Origin: Trichomonas gallinae
Lineage: Eukaryota
Reading direction: 5' to 3'
NCBI GenBank assembly: GCA_008369845.1
Contig: MRSU01006708.1
Span: 1 to 32,283 of the forward strand
Length of the DNA stretch: 32,283 bases
A program made the translations under genes and the position numbers. How positions within the stretch are numbered: the stretch's first letter is position 1; the number at the start of each line of letters is the position of its first letter. Of this stretch, positions 19,710 to 30,115 are shown in pieces. The notes under the pieces are model-generated. The model ran no database searches and was not told where the DNA came from. It was given only the letters and a program-made list of their open reading frames with translations.

Positions 19710-20187
19710 TTAAAAAAAATCGAAAAAAAGTAAAAACTCATATATTTGATTCCTGATGGCAATAACAGACCAGATTTTTTTTCTATTTTACCATTTTGAA
19801 ATTTCCAACAATTTTACCAAAAAAAAGTCGCAATTCTATCGAACCACATCCTATAAACTTTCCACCAAAAAAAAAGTATAAATCACTAAAAAAGAGGAAA
19901 CGTTTATAGACTGTGTTTGTCTATTTTCACATCATTACAAAGCTTATAAACAAATAATTTTGATTGATTTTATAAAGTTAGCAATTATTAAATGTTTTTA
20001 AGGTGAGAAGATGCACAACATAACAATTGTTATATTTGTAATAGAAATATCATTTGTTTATTTAGGTAATTATCTGAATAACATATTTCCGTCATTTTAA
20101 AGCATTTCCAGATTAGGAAACGATTATATTTGAAATTTAATATAGTTTGAATGAGCTTAAACATATCAAATCGAGAATAATTTTTTT

Positions 20188-21276
20188 TTATTTTCTTCTT
20201 GCAATGCGAATAGCTCCAAACAACAAACCAGTGATAACAGCTGCACATGCGATGCCTCCAATTACTAACACTTTTGTAGGAATTCCTTCTGGTTTCTCTT
20301 CTTCAACTTTCACATCTTTGACTATTTCTTCTATAACAGCAGCAGGCTTTTCCTTAGCAGGCTCAGCTTTCTTTTGCTCAACCTTTGGCGCAGGCTTCTT
20401 TAATTCTGTTTTAATCTTTTTTGGTCTTTCAGGAATAATAATTTTAGGATCTATCGTCTTAGCGTGCTGATAAAGCTCTGCAGGGTCTAAAATGTTTGTC
20501 GATGGTGCTTGTCCTGCATCGATCAACTGAGCAGCAGCAACCATCGAATCTGCGTCTTCCATTTCGATCGCTTGTCTGTAATACTGTAATGACATATCAG
20601 CGTCCTTGCTGAAATTGTATTTGGTGACGGGCGAATAAATATCACCAAGTAATTTTGCAGCTTTTGCACAATTCTTTCTAGTGGCGGAAGCGAGAACGTG
20701 TATAGCCATGTTATTACCCGTTTCCATATAAGCTTCCCCTAATAACAACGTTGCATCAACATCATTGTGAACATAAATCAGTTCATCGAGCATTTCTTCT
20801 GCGTGAGTAATATTTCCCGCGTCTATTTCCTTCTTTGCGAAGTGCAAAATGGCCGGAATAAAACCAACTTTAATAGAATGCTCAGCCTGTTGCTTCAGAT
20901 CTTCGTTTGTCGGATCTGCTAAGTATTTTAGGAACATTGAATTGAAATCTAAGCCCATTTCGGCATCAATTGGTGAATCAATAACGTATGGCCACTCTTG
21001 AGGATCTTGTTTCTTTAATGAAATGCAGAGTGTTTGGCCATCGAAATAGTGATTGGTTTCAGTAATCTTTCCATACAAGCGGCCCCGAATGATGGGATAT
21101 TTTGCTCCAGAAAGAGTACATTTAAGTATTGTATTATCTTGTTCAAAAGAAACATCGAAATCCTTCTTGTTTTCCTCGTTACTATCGATCTTGATCATCA
21201 GGGAAGTTTCATCCTGGGTGTATTTCCACATGAAAATCTTCACCTGGTTCATAGGAATCTTTAGTTCACTTTCCAT
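20188..21276 (-). CDS. Tail-anchored CS/Hsp20-like + Sel1/TPR-like protein (Tom36/Tom46-like architecture)
   Basis: CS domain (WKYTQDETSL.I...I.G.LYGKI...L.ISLKK...WP), Sel1-like repeats (AAKLLGDIY...KDADMSLQYYRQA), a K/E/P linker, one C-terminal TM (VLVIGGIACAAVITGLLFGAI) and a basic tail RIARRK. Confidence 0.8.
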   Translation of the reverse strand: MESELKIPMNQVKIFMWKYTQDETSLMIKIDSNEENKKDFDVSFEQDNTILKCTLSGAKYPIIRGRLYGKITETNHYFDGQTLCISLKKQDPQEWPYVIDSPIDAEMGLDFNSMFLKYLADPTNEDLKQQAEHSIKVGFIPAILHFAKKEIDAGNITHAEEMLDELIYVHNDVDATLLLGEAYMETGNNMAIHVLASATRKNCAKAAKLLGDIYSPVTKYNFSKDADMSLQYYRQAIEMEDADSMVAAAQLIDAGQAPSTNILDPAELYQHAKTIDPKIIIPERPKKIKTELKKPAPKVEQKKAEPAKEKPAAVIEEIVKDVKVEEEKPEGIPTKVLVIGGIACAAVITGLLFGAIRIARRK

Positions 21277-21285
21277 TTTAATTTT

Positions 21286-21294
21286 GTCACTTTT
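21286..21294 (-). promoter_or_regulatory. AAAAGTGAC motif 9 nt before the ATG
   Basis: Same 9-mer as at 13008 and 32184. Confidence 0.6.
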
Positions 21295-22315
21295 TTCATA
21301 TTTGATAACATAATCATATCTAGAATTGTTTGCTGTTCATTTCCAATCATTTTCTATCTGAAATTATAGTTTAACAATTTTGCAATATTTGTACTATCCT
21401 AATGTTACAAGTCATTCCTGTCGTTTAAATGTTCTTATCAAAGTTTTCTAACGGCGATAATTTTTCACTCAATTTTAAACATCCGCAGAATCGGTACGGG
21501 CGCGGAAGCACGTAAAACTTCGTATTCTAGTTGTATATAACATTATAAATGTTTACTAATTGAAAACTTTTCAATCATTCATTGAAATATATCGTTAATT
21601 TCTTTTCATGTTCTTCTTGTATTATTATACATATCTTGTTTTGGCTTGCTTCAAAACATTTCAATAGTTGTTAAAAATTGAGAGTTGCCAAATTCTCAAA
21701 GTTAAATTATAACAGATTTATACAGCTGAAAAATATCAAAGAAGGGAAACAAAAAAATTGAGTAGATTTATTGAAAAATTTGCCTCTTCAGAAATTTGAT
21801 TTTCTTTGATAAATAGACTCCTTATCTAAGCCAGAATATTTTTGACAAACCATTCGTCATTGAGGTTTTGACAACGAATTCGAAATCAACAGAAAAAAAG
21901 TTGTATCGTTATTTGATCTTACTGGATAAACAATTCGACAGAGATTAGGGAATAGTATCTTACCTCCAAGATATAAATCAGTAAACTCATCAAACGCGAA
22001 AATCAAATTTGATTGAATTGATTATTTTCCAATTTCAGAATTGTGATTTACGCAAGTGATTGGTATGTACTTGTTATCAAATGTATTTTTGATTCTACTG
22101 ACCCAAATTAACGAATCGCAGTAATTAATTAGATTTTAATAATGCTCTTGCTATAAATCAATTTTGCATAGTGAGTTTTAAAAACTAGGCTTGATTTAAT
22201 TTTCAATATCAAAAATAATCCTGTTAAAGGGATTTTTACATGAGAATTGCTGTTAAAATGTATTATCATGGATATTTATATTTCTCTTTACATAAAACAG
22301 CATTTTATATTTTTC

Positions 22316-23503
22316 ATGTATCATATTTTAGTCAATTTAGCTATAATTTATTTCATTGTCGCATGGTTTCTTTCAAAATCATATGTTACTGCAATGTTTT
22401 ATCCACAAGGCTTTATTTTCCCAATCTATGACCCTGATAAATTCGAAAATTCATCATTTCCTGAACATCTCCGAATAACAAATAAGTCAACTGATTTTTC
22501 ATCGTTTATAATGAGCAAACATTACCAATACAAGATATATAAGCCAATGAATGACTTGAAATTTTATCCAATTGATTCAAATTCAACGGGTTTAGAAACT
22601 GAAGTTCGTATAAATTTTCCTAGATTATTTGTTTACAATGCCGCCAACATTACTTTGCAAAAAAACGTTTTTACATCAATTCTTTGCGGAACATATGATA
22701 CAAACCTAGCCTACATGATACCAAAGAACTGCTATAAGGATTACATTCCAGAAGGACCTGTTGTTGCATCATATAATGAAGTTATTTCAATTTGTCATTA
22801 TTGGATGCGAATGTATGGGCATTTGTACTTTGATTACGCTACTTCCTTACTTCACTTCCCAGAAGAGATTCGTCAGCGTGCTTTTATAGTTTTACCTCAT
22901 ACTACAGAGATTACAAAACAAATTACGGAATGGCTTGGGTTTTCCAGAGATAGACAGATAACCATAGAAGATCGTTCATTTATACACTGTAAATTTTTAT
23001 ATACTATCATTCCTGGAGCTTGTTTAGATTCAATCGGTGAATCAATTAATTTAGTTCGTGCTAGATTATACCGTAGCTTTAATCTAAGCACTCTAATGCC
23101 AACTAGATATGTGATTTATAATAGACAGAAACTGCCAAGAATTATTGAAAATTATGAAGATTTATATAAACTTGTTCACGAAAAATATCCGAATTACACA
23201 TGGGAGCGTGGAATTGATCCTAACGGATTGAAAAATCAAGCGATTTACTATGCAACAGTTAAATTCATTTTTGCAATATCAGGATCTGGAGTTACTAACA
23301 TGATATTTATGCATCATGAAACTGTTTTGTGTGAAGTTTATATGAAGGATTCGAATCTATGTATGTTATATTTATCAGCAATTCTTCGAATTCATCATCC
23401 TTTCGTCTTTTTACCTAGTTATGTACATCATGAACCCAAAAATATCTATGTAGAACCAGAAATTTTCCTTTCATTGATCAAGAAAGGACTAGAACATGTT
23501 TAA
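22316..23503 (+). CDS. Glycosyltransferase family 61 (DUF563), type II membrane protein
   Basis: N-terminal signal-anchor and motifs MYGHLYFD, YNR...R.I.N, LKNQA.YYA..K and SGSGVTNMIFM....V.CEV. An alternative ATG lies at 22268. Confidence 0.85.
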   Translation: MYHILVNLAIIYFIVAWFLSKSYVTAMFYPQGFIFPIYDPDKFENSSFPEHLRITNKSTDFSSFIMSKHYQYKIYKPMNDLKFYPIDSNSTGLETEVRINFPRLFVYNAANITLQKNVFTSILCGTYDTNLAYMIPKNCYKDYIPEGPVVASYNEVISICHYWMRMYGHLYFDYATSLLHFPEEIRQRAFIVLPHTTEITKQITEWLGFSRDRQITIEDRSFIHCKFLYTIIPGACLDSIGESINLVRARLYRSFNLSTLMPTRYVIYNRQKLPRIIENYEDLYKLVHEKYPNYTWERGIDPNGLKNQAIYYATVKFIFAISGSGVTNMIFMHHETVLCEVYMKDSNLCMLYLSAILRIHHPFVFLPSYVHHEPKNIYVEPEIFLSLIKKGLEHV

Positions 23504-24442
23504 AATATATTGTTTTGTTTGTTTGAATAAATTATCATATTCTATCATGCAATGGCTTTTATGATAACTGTATATTAGCTATTTTCTTCCTTTTGATCAC
23601 AATTATCTTTTTAACTAATTATCCAATTGTGAATTAGATATAGGAGATGTATTTACTATGCATATCCTTCATTGCTATATTATATAGCCTTAAGGAAAAG
23701 AAATTTAAAAATTCTAGTTGCAAATACATCAATGTTAAACACATACATGATGTCAACATTTGATTAAACACTGTAATGAAATGTGGTTTGAGTAGTAGAA
23801 GAATTAATCAATATAATATTATTTTTTAAGATGTAGATAAAAATATTATAATGGAAATGTATTAAAAACTCTATTCGTAATAGGAATGAAATCATTAGAT
23901 AAATTTGATTTTAAAAGGAAATAGTATAATGCTTCATCATATCAATGAGATTTCTTGGTTGAAAAATAAATTTGACATGTAAAATACTTACTTGTCAAGA
24001 TATACGAATGATAAGGAACAATCCTTATTCGGTAAATGTGTGTTAAAAATCTGATAGATTTTTTCCATTTCAATAAATTTGCATAAATATCTGATTACAG
24101 CTCTTATTTGTTGAATGAAAACGAAATCTTGCGAATATTTCGTTCAAAAATGAGTTAAATTGTACTATAATCACTGGAACTAATTACAATATAATGTCAG
24201 CTATATTACCCTAAGCCACTCAAAGCCACAACTCAACGAAAATGATTTGGCAATTCCTTATTCATCGGACAAGACTCGTTTATCTGATTCCAAAAGGAAA
24301 AACAAGTTGTAAAACAGACAAAAGCAGCAAAATTATTGATTGTGCGCAACAAAAAATTTTCCAAAGAATGATTTGCGACAAAACACGATTTTTAGCCTTG
24401 TTAAATATAGTAGATTTTAAATATAGAATAAAACGGATTCGA

Positions 24443-24488
24443 TCATACTTCACAAACGATGAAGACGATAAGAGAAGTCACTTCACTT
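24443..24488 (+). promoter_or_regulatory. OCT core promoter: distal and proximal tandem initiators and a Myb MRE-2-like site
   Basis: TCATA at 24443, TCACA at 24450, GACGATA at 24464-24470 (reverse complement of TATCGTC), TCACTT at 24478 and 24483. Confidence 0.65.
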
Positions 24489-24491
24489 TTA

Positions 24492-25433
24492 ATGGCCGTT
24501 CCAACTCGCCACATCCTTACAGCTACATCCTTCACAGCTGAAGAGTTCCAGAAGACCCTTGACCTCGCCATCGACATCAAGGCTCACCCACAGAAGTATG
24601 CCCACGCCATGAACCAGAAGACACTCCTCATGCTCTTCCAGAAGCCATCCCTCCGCACACGTGTTTCCTTCGAAACAGGCATGACAAAGATGGGTGGCCA
24701 CGCTATCTTCTACTCAGTTGCTGACTCTCCACTCGGCGCTAAGGAAACAATCGCTGATACAGCTCACGTTCTTGAGCGCATGGTCGATGTTGTTATGGCC
24801 CGCCTTAACAAGCGCGCTGACATTCGCGAGCTTGCTGCTAACTCTAAGATCCCAATCATCAACGCTCTTGATGATTTCGCTCACCCATGCCAGATGATCG
24901 CTGACTTCCAGACAATCCTCGAGAAGCGCGGCACACTCAAGGGCACAGTCCTCACATACTTCGGTGATGTTGCTAACAACGTCACATACGATCTCATGAG
25001 AACATGCGCTCTCTTCGGCCTCGAGTGCCACGTCTGCGGCCCAGAGGACACAAAGTATGGCATCGAGCAGGAGGTCATCGACGAGGTCAACGCCCTCAAC
25101 GCCAAGACAGGTGGCAAGCTCCTCATCACACACAACGTTGACGAGGCTTGCAAGGGCACAAACGTTGTCTACACAGACACAATCATCTCCTACCACATCT
25201 CCAAGGAAGAGCTTCCAGAGCGTCGCCGCGTCTTCAAGCCATTCCAGGTTACACAGGAGCTCATGGCCAAGTGCGAGAAGGACTGCATCTTCATGCACTG
25301 CCTCCCAGCCGCTCGTGGCGATGAGGTCACAGCTGAAGTTATCGATGGTCCACAGTCCGTCATCTTCGACGAGGCTGAGAACCGCATGTGGGCTCAGATG
25401 GCTCTCCTTATCCACCTCACATATGGCTTCTAA
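24492..25433 (+). CDS. OCT: Ornithine carbamoyltransferase (arginine dihydrolase pathway)
   Basis: Motifs F.KPSLRTR.SFE, HPCQ, GD..NN, YTD, FMHCLP.RG.EV and EAENR. Very strong codon bias typical of high expression. The ATG directly follows tandem Inr. Confidence 0.96.
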   Translation: MAVPTRHILTATSFTAEEFQKTLDLAIDIKAHPQKYAHAMNQKTLLMLFQKPSLRTRVSFETGMTKMGGHAIFYSVADSPLGAKETIADTAHVLERMVDVVMARLNKRADIRELAANSKIPIINALDDFAHPCQMIADFQTILEKRGTLKGTVLTYFGDVANNVTYDLMRTCALFGLECHVCGPEDTKYGIEQEVIDEVNALNAKTGGKLLITHNVDEACKGTNVVYTDTIISYHISKEELPERRRVFKPFQVTQELMAKCEKDCIFMHCLPAARGDEVTAEVIDGPQSVIFDEAENRMWAQMALLIHLTYGF

Positions 25434-25750
25434 GCACTCTTAAAACTCAGATCTTAGTATAATATTTCTTAAATTTTTTGATTTTATTTCATATTCCTCT
25501 ATCTTACATAACATATTACTCGTGCTCATCTATCTAAAGCTATAGAATTCATTAAATTCACAAAGAAAAATATGAATTTTTAAAAAAAATAGTTTTTGAT
25601 CATTAATTTTATTTCCATATAGATATATGTCTATTATGTATATCATTATGTTGTTTATTTTTGACTATTTTTAACTTAATCATAGTGAAAATTACAATAA
25701 ATCATAATATTTAGGTTATATTTTTCATGTCAATTTTCTAAAGTGAGTTG

Positions 25751-26236
25751 ATGTCGAAATTAACTCGTGAGCAAAAAATCGCGGAAGAGAAGAAATCATT
25801 GAGAAGAAACAAGCCAACAGATTCAAATCTCGAGTGGATTCCAGCCAGAGATGGAAACAATGAAAAACTACGAATCACATTCAAAGGACCTGAGAAATCT
25901 ATTTACAGCTCTGAGATATTTACAGTAGAAATCGAATTTCAGGAAGGATATCCGAAAGATGCGCCTAAAACTACGATGTTAACTAAAGTTTTCCATCCAA
26001 ATATCGACATTGATGGATCTGTTTGCGTAAATGCCATTCGTGGTGGATACTTCCCAGGCCAGACAATCAAAGAAATCATAGAAGAAATTCGTGATGCTTT
26101 AATTAATCCAAATCCAGATGATTATCTCAATAAAGAAGCAGCACAGTTAATGAAAAGCGATTATGAACAGTTTAAATTAGTAGTTTCACAGCAAATACAA
26201 AAGAATCTCGAAGAAGCTTCATATTATAAAAATTAA
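25751..26236 (+). CDS. Ubiquitin-conjugating enzyme E2
   Basis: GP..S.Y, YP..AP and FHPNIDIDGSVC (active-site Cys), then PNPDD.LN.EAA. ATG at 25751. Confidence 0.95.
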   Translation: MSKLTREQKIAEEKKSLRRNKPTDSNLEWIPARDGNNEKLRITFKGPEKSIYSSEIFTVEIEFQEGYPKDAPKTTMLTKVFHPNIDIDGSVCVNAIRGGYFPGQTIKEIIEEIRDALINPNPDDYLNKEAAQLMKSDYEQFKLVVSQQIQKNLEEASYYKN

Positions 26237-26788
26237 ATATGTTTCAAACAATATTTCACAATGACATACATTGTTTAGCAACCATATTACTCAATTCTTG
26301 AAAAATCTGAATATATTTGATTTTTAATATTTTTTTAAGAATCATTCATCAAACAATAGTACAGCATGATTTTATCAGCCATTCTATTTATTATATTCCT
26401 TTTGTGTTGATAATCTTTATTATTAATGAAAAATAATGTGAAAAGTTAGGCGATATTAGTATCGAAGAATTTGATTCTATCCAAAAATTAATGTACTATT
26501 GCTCACTTTGGATAATTCATGGATATAATTTTTGAAAAATATTTATCAAATTGAAAGCTTTAAACTATGATATTAAATAATATAGGTCACATAAGTTATA
26601 TGTATTAATGAAAAAACCAATTTGAAGAAAATAATTTTAGGAAAACAAAATATTGTATTGAAATCATAAAATTTTTGCATGAAATCAATGATTATTGATC
26701 AAGTGGATGCTCAATATTAAATAAAAAATTATTATTTGTCACTTTTTATTTTTTTCGAATTTTTAAACGGAATTTTTTTTAAAAATCA

Positions 26789-29700
26789 ATGCAACGCGAT
26801 GAAGATTTATCCCCTGACTATTCGTTCAGCGGATATTCGTCATATGATTACGAAAACAGCGCCTCGAGTGCAAATGGAGTTTCTCCATATATGAAAAAGG
26901 TAAATTTTAAACGAGATCAATCGAATCAAAAGGTTGTAGAGAATCAACAGATTCCAAAATTCGTTAGTTATTTGGAATTCTGCGAAGTACAAAAGCAGCT
27001 GAAGCAGTATCAGCAGGATTTCCATGAAGCTGAAGAAACAATTGATGCGCTCGAGCAATCATTGAAAGCGGTTCTCTTTACTGTTTCTATCGTTACAAAG
27101 TCCCAAGTTAAGACAATCGATGATGCTTTACGCTTAATCTCAAAAATGGGAGATTCACGCGATACAAGCGATAACGATAGAGTGAAGTACCTCACAGAGC
27201 AGCTTGCTCTTGCACGCGCTCAGTTGATGCAGAATGATAAAGGAAACAATAATTCAACGATTCAAGAGCTACAAGGCAAGTTGACTGAAAGCCAAAGCAA
27301 AATTGACACGCTAAATGCTGAAATTAAGAATTTATCAGACAATCAAAAGGATTCGCAGAATAATTTAATTTCAATAAAGAAAAAACTAGCGAAAGTCGTT
27401 GAAGAGAACAATTCATTGAAGAGCAAGCTCAATACACAGAAAAAATTGGGGTCAAAGAAAGCCAAATCTTCAAAAACTGGAAAGAAGAAATCAGCATCTA
27501 AAAAGAAAGCAGCTGTGAAGAAACCACCGCCAGCAATGGCCTTAGTAGAGCAGAAAAATGCTGAAATAGCTTCTCTCGAGACAAGAATCAAAGAACTTCA
27601 ATTCGAAATTCAAGGAAACCGTGAAAACTTGATTTCTTCGTCTACAATTTCGTCTGAGTCTTCAGTTTACAGTGTTATAATGAATGGAGCAGTTCTTTCG
27701 CAGTTTGAAGAGCTTGTTGCCAAGCAAAGACAAGAAATCGATGCCCTTTCAGATCAGAGGGCTGCACTGCTTGAATTAGCACAAGCACTTGAACAGAACA
27801 TAGAAATAGCTGAGGATGAGCTTGAACAAGCAATTCATGAACGAGATGAATTCGAATCTGACTTAAATCTTGCTAGAAACGATATAGACATCATCGAAAA
27901 GAATTCAGACATCGCCATTCAAAACATTCGCAATAACATTCTTGAGATTCTTCCAAAATCCATTTCAGATAAAATCACATTAATTCAGGATCTACCGGCA
28001 GACAAGCAGATTGCAGAGTTATTCGAATTCACACTCCAAAAGATGGATGAAATCGAAGCAAGACAGTATGAGAATGTCTCCGATGCCAAAATGCCACAAG
28101 TTTTATCACAACTCGAAAGCGCTTTGAGATTCATCAAAGATATGAAAGGATCAAGCGAAGTTAAGCCACTGCTAGCTGACAAAGACTTCGTGCGTGAAAT
28201 TCAGACACAAATCAAGAAGATGCAAGATTTTATTGACCAATATCCAAGAGATCCATATAATAAAGAGCCAAGTGTCTTTGACACAAAGGAATCTGATGAC
28301 CAGTTCAGAGCATTCCTCAATATTGCTAGAGAAAAAGTAAATGAATCTCCAATTCGCGAATTATTCGCTCTTTTCAGTGGAGCAGCTCTTGTTAACAAGA
28401 AACTTGCGCAGAGAGTTGCATCCCTTGAGCCATTGCGCCAAAATCTCGAGAAATCAAAGAATGAAAAATCTGAGTTGATAAATTTGCTTAAATCAGAGGC
28501 TTCTCAGCAAGAACAGTTAACAAATGAACTCAAGGAAATCACACAAAAGCAGAACTTGACTTTCTATGAGATGATTAAAGAATTAATCGAAATGTACAGA
28601 GAAGCCGAAGAATTAAGAATCACATCTTTCAAGGAACTCCAAGCCATCAAGAATGACGTCAACGCCATCGAAAAACAGACAGTCGAAGATAAAGCATCGA
28701 AATCTAAGAAATATCTTGCTCAAATCTCATCTTTGAAGCATAAATTAGATGAGCTGCAGATGCAAAATGCCAACCTCACATCACAAAACGACAGATTGGC
28801 AAAGAGAGTTGAAGAATCTGCCAAAAAGTCCGCCGAGAATTTCCAAAATGCGACGGCAAACAGAGAACTTCTACAAGCACAGAACCGCAAAATCGAAGAA
28901 CTACAGGATGTATCAGCTAAGTTGAAAGTCCTCGAAAAGATCCGAGAGGATCTAGAAGATCAAAACGCAGACCTTAACCAGCAAATTGCAGAAAATTTGA
29001 CCGAGAAAATGATATTGCATAAAGATTTCGATAAACTTCAGTCGAAGTTTTCGAAGCTGCAAGAGGAGAAAGAAGAGATCTCGTCACTCCTCAAACAAGC
29101 TAAGCAGGAGAATGCTTCACTCAAGAAGCTAAATGGCCAAATTCTCAGTGACATCAGGACAAGAAACGAAAATCTCGACAACAGAATAAACCTCGAAATC
29201 GACGAAATGAACAACAAAATCAAAGTCGCTGAAAAGAAGTATTCTGACGCAGAATCCATTAGAGACCACTTCTTGGCAAAGAAGAAGGACTATCTGAGAC
29301 AGATTGCTGAGCTCAAAGCCTCAGAAAGGACGCTCAAAGTGAAAATAGAAGAACTCATGAAGACAATAGATTTGACGCGTAAAACATGCGAAGACGAGTT
29401 TAATTCCAGATTAGTTGCATTGCAAGCTGAAGTTGCAAAAGAGAACAGCAGCATGAAAGATTTCAACATCTGCTGCTGCAAGAGATTGATCCAATTAATC
29501 GAGTCGAATTTCCTGATTTCTTTGACAGGAGGAACAATCGATTTATGGGATATAGTAAACATCCTCGAAGAAAACTTGCATTCGATCAGCGCAGACGAGC
29601 TTTCGAAGGTTGTCCACGATAATGCGCAGGCAAGAGCTCTCCTCGGCACAAAGAGAGACGAACCAGTCTGGGAATCAGTGAAATCACTTAAAGACGAAAA

Positions 29701-30115
29701 CGCCGAGCTTTTGCAGGACAAAGAAAGTTTGATATCAGAGATCGAAGACATAAACTCGAAGCTTTCCGCCGCCAACCAGATGATAAACAAACTGTTCGAG
29801 AAGAAAGACTTGGCGCAGGAATGGGAGAACTGGGCGAAAGACCTTTACTCGATGACAAATGACGGAGCAGTTTCAGATAATTATAGGATGGCAATAGAAG
29901 AAATGGTTTTGGCTGGAAATGCGAATAAAACAGTAGCAAGGAAAATGGAGCTGCTCAGACTCGAAAAGGTAATGCTTGCAAAGAAGCCTATCGCAAAAGA
30001 AATTATGGATGGAAAGATTCGTGAATGCGAATCCATCAGACCTTCAATCATTGCTTTTATGTTCATCAGAAGAATTCAAGTATATTCTTCAACACTTCCT
30101 GTTTATATCAAGTAA
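26789..30115 (+). CDS. Large coiled-coil protein of unknown function
   Basis: Uninterrupted 1108-aa E/K/Q/L-rich heptad ORF with a Lys-rich NLS-like patch KKLGSKKAKSSKTGKKKSASKKK. Inr TCACTT at ~26739. Confidence 0.85.
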   Translation: MQRDEDLSPDYSFSGYSSYDYENSASSANGVSPYMKKVNFKRDQSNQKVVENQQIPKFVSYLEFCEVQKQLKQYQQDFHEAEETIDALEQSLKAVLFTVSIVTKSQVKTIDDALRLISKMGDSRDTSDNDRVKYLTEQLALARAQLMQNDKGNNNSTIQELQGKLTESQSKIDTLNAEIKNLSDNQKDSQNNLISIKKKLAKVVEENNSLKSKLNTQKKLGSKKAKSSKTGKKKSASKKKAAVKKPPPAMALVEQKNAEIASLETRIKELQFEIQGNRENLISSSTISSESSVYSVIMNGAVLSQFEELVAKQRQEIDALSDQRAALLELAQALEQNIEIAEDELEQAIHERDEFESDLNLARNDIDIIEKNSDIAIQNIRNNILEILPKSISDKITLIQDLPADKQIAELFEFTLQKMDEIEARQYENVSDAKMPQVLSQLESALRFIKDMKGSSEVKPLLADKDFVREIQTQIKKMQDFIDQYPRDPYNKEPSVFDTKESDDQFRAFLNIAREKVNESPIRELFALFSGAALVNKKLAQRVASLEPLRQNLEKSKNEKSELINLLKSEASQQEQLTNELKEITQKQNLTFYEMIKELIEMYREAEELRITSFKELQAIKNDVNAIEKQTVEDKASKSKKYLAQISSLKHKLDELQMQNANLTSQNDRLAKRVEESAKKSAENFQNATANRELLQAQNRKIEELQDVSAKLKVLEKIREDLEDQNADLNQQIAENLTEKMILHKDFDKLQSKFSKLQEEKEEISSLLKQAKQENASLKKLNGQILSDIRTRNENLDNRINLEIDEMNNKIKVAEKKYSDAESIRDHFLAKKKDYLRQIAELKASERTLKVKIEELMKTIDLTRKTCEDEFNSRLVALQAEVAKENSSMKDFNICCCKRLIQLIESNFLISLTGGTIDLWDIVNILEENLHSISADELSKVVHDNAQARALLGTKRDEPVWESVKSLKDENAELLQDKESLISEIEDINSKLSAANQMINKLFEKKDLAQEWENWAKDLYSMTNDGAVSDNYRMAIEEMVLAGNANKTVARKMELLRLEKVMLAKKPIAKEIMDGKIRECESIRPSIIAFMFIRRIQVYSSTLPVYIK

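Noticed and set aside
21740..22020. Possible eroded coding sequence
   Set aside because: Only short open stretches with no recognisable family motif.
24242..24541. 99-aa ORF overlapping the OCT start as an arginine-attenuator uORF
   Set aside because: It starts ~200 nt upstream of the initiators, so it is unlikely to be in the mRNA, and it has no attenuator-peptide similarity.
24714..25443. Long antisense (233 aa) and off-frame ORFs over OCT
   Set aside because: These are shadows of the extreme codon bias of a highly expressed gene and carry no independent motifs.
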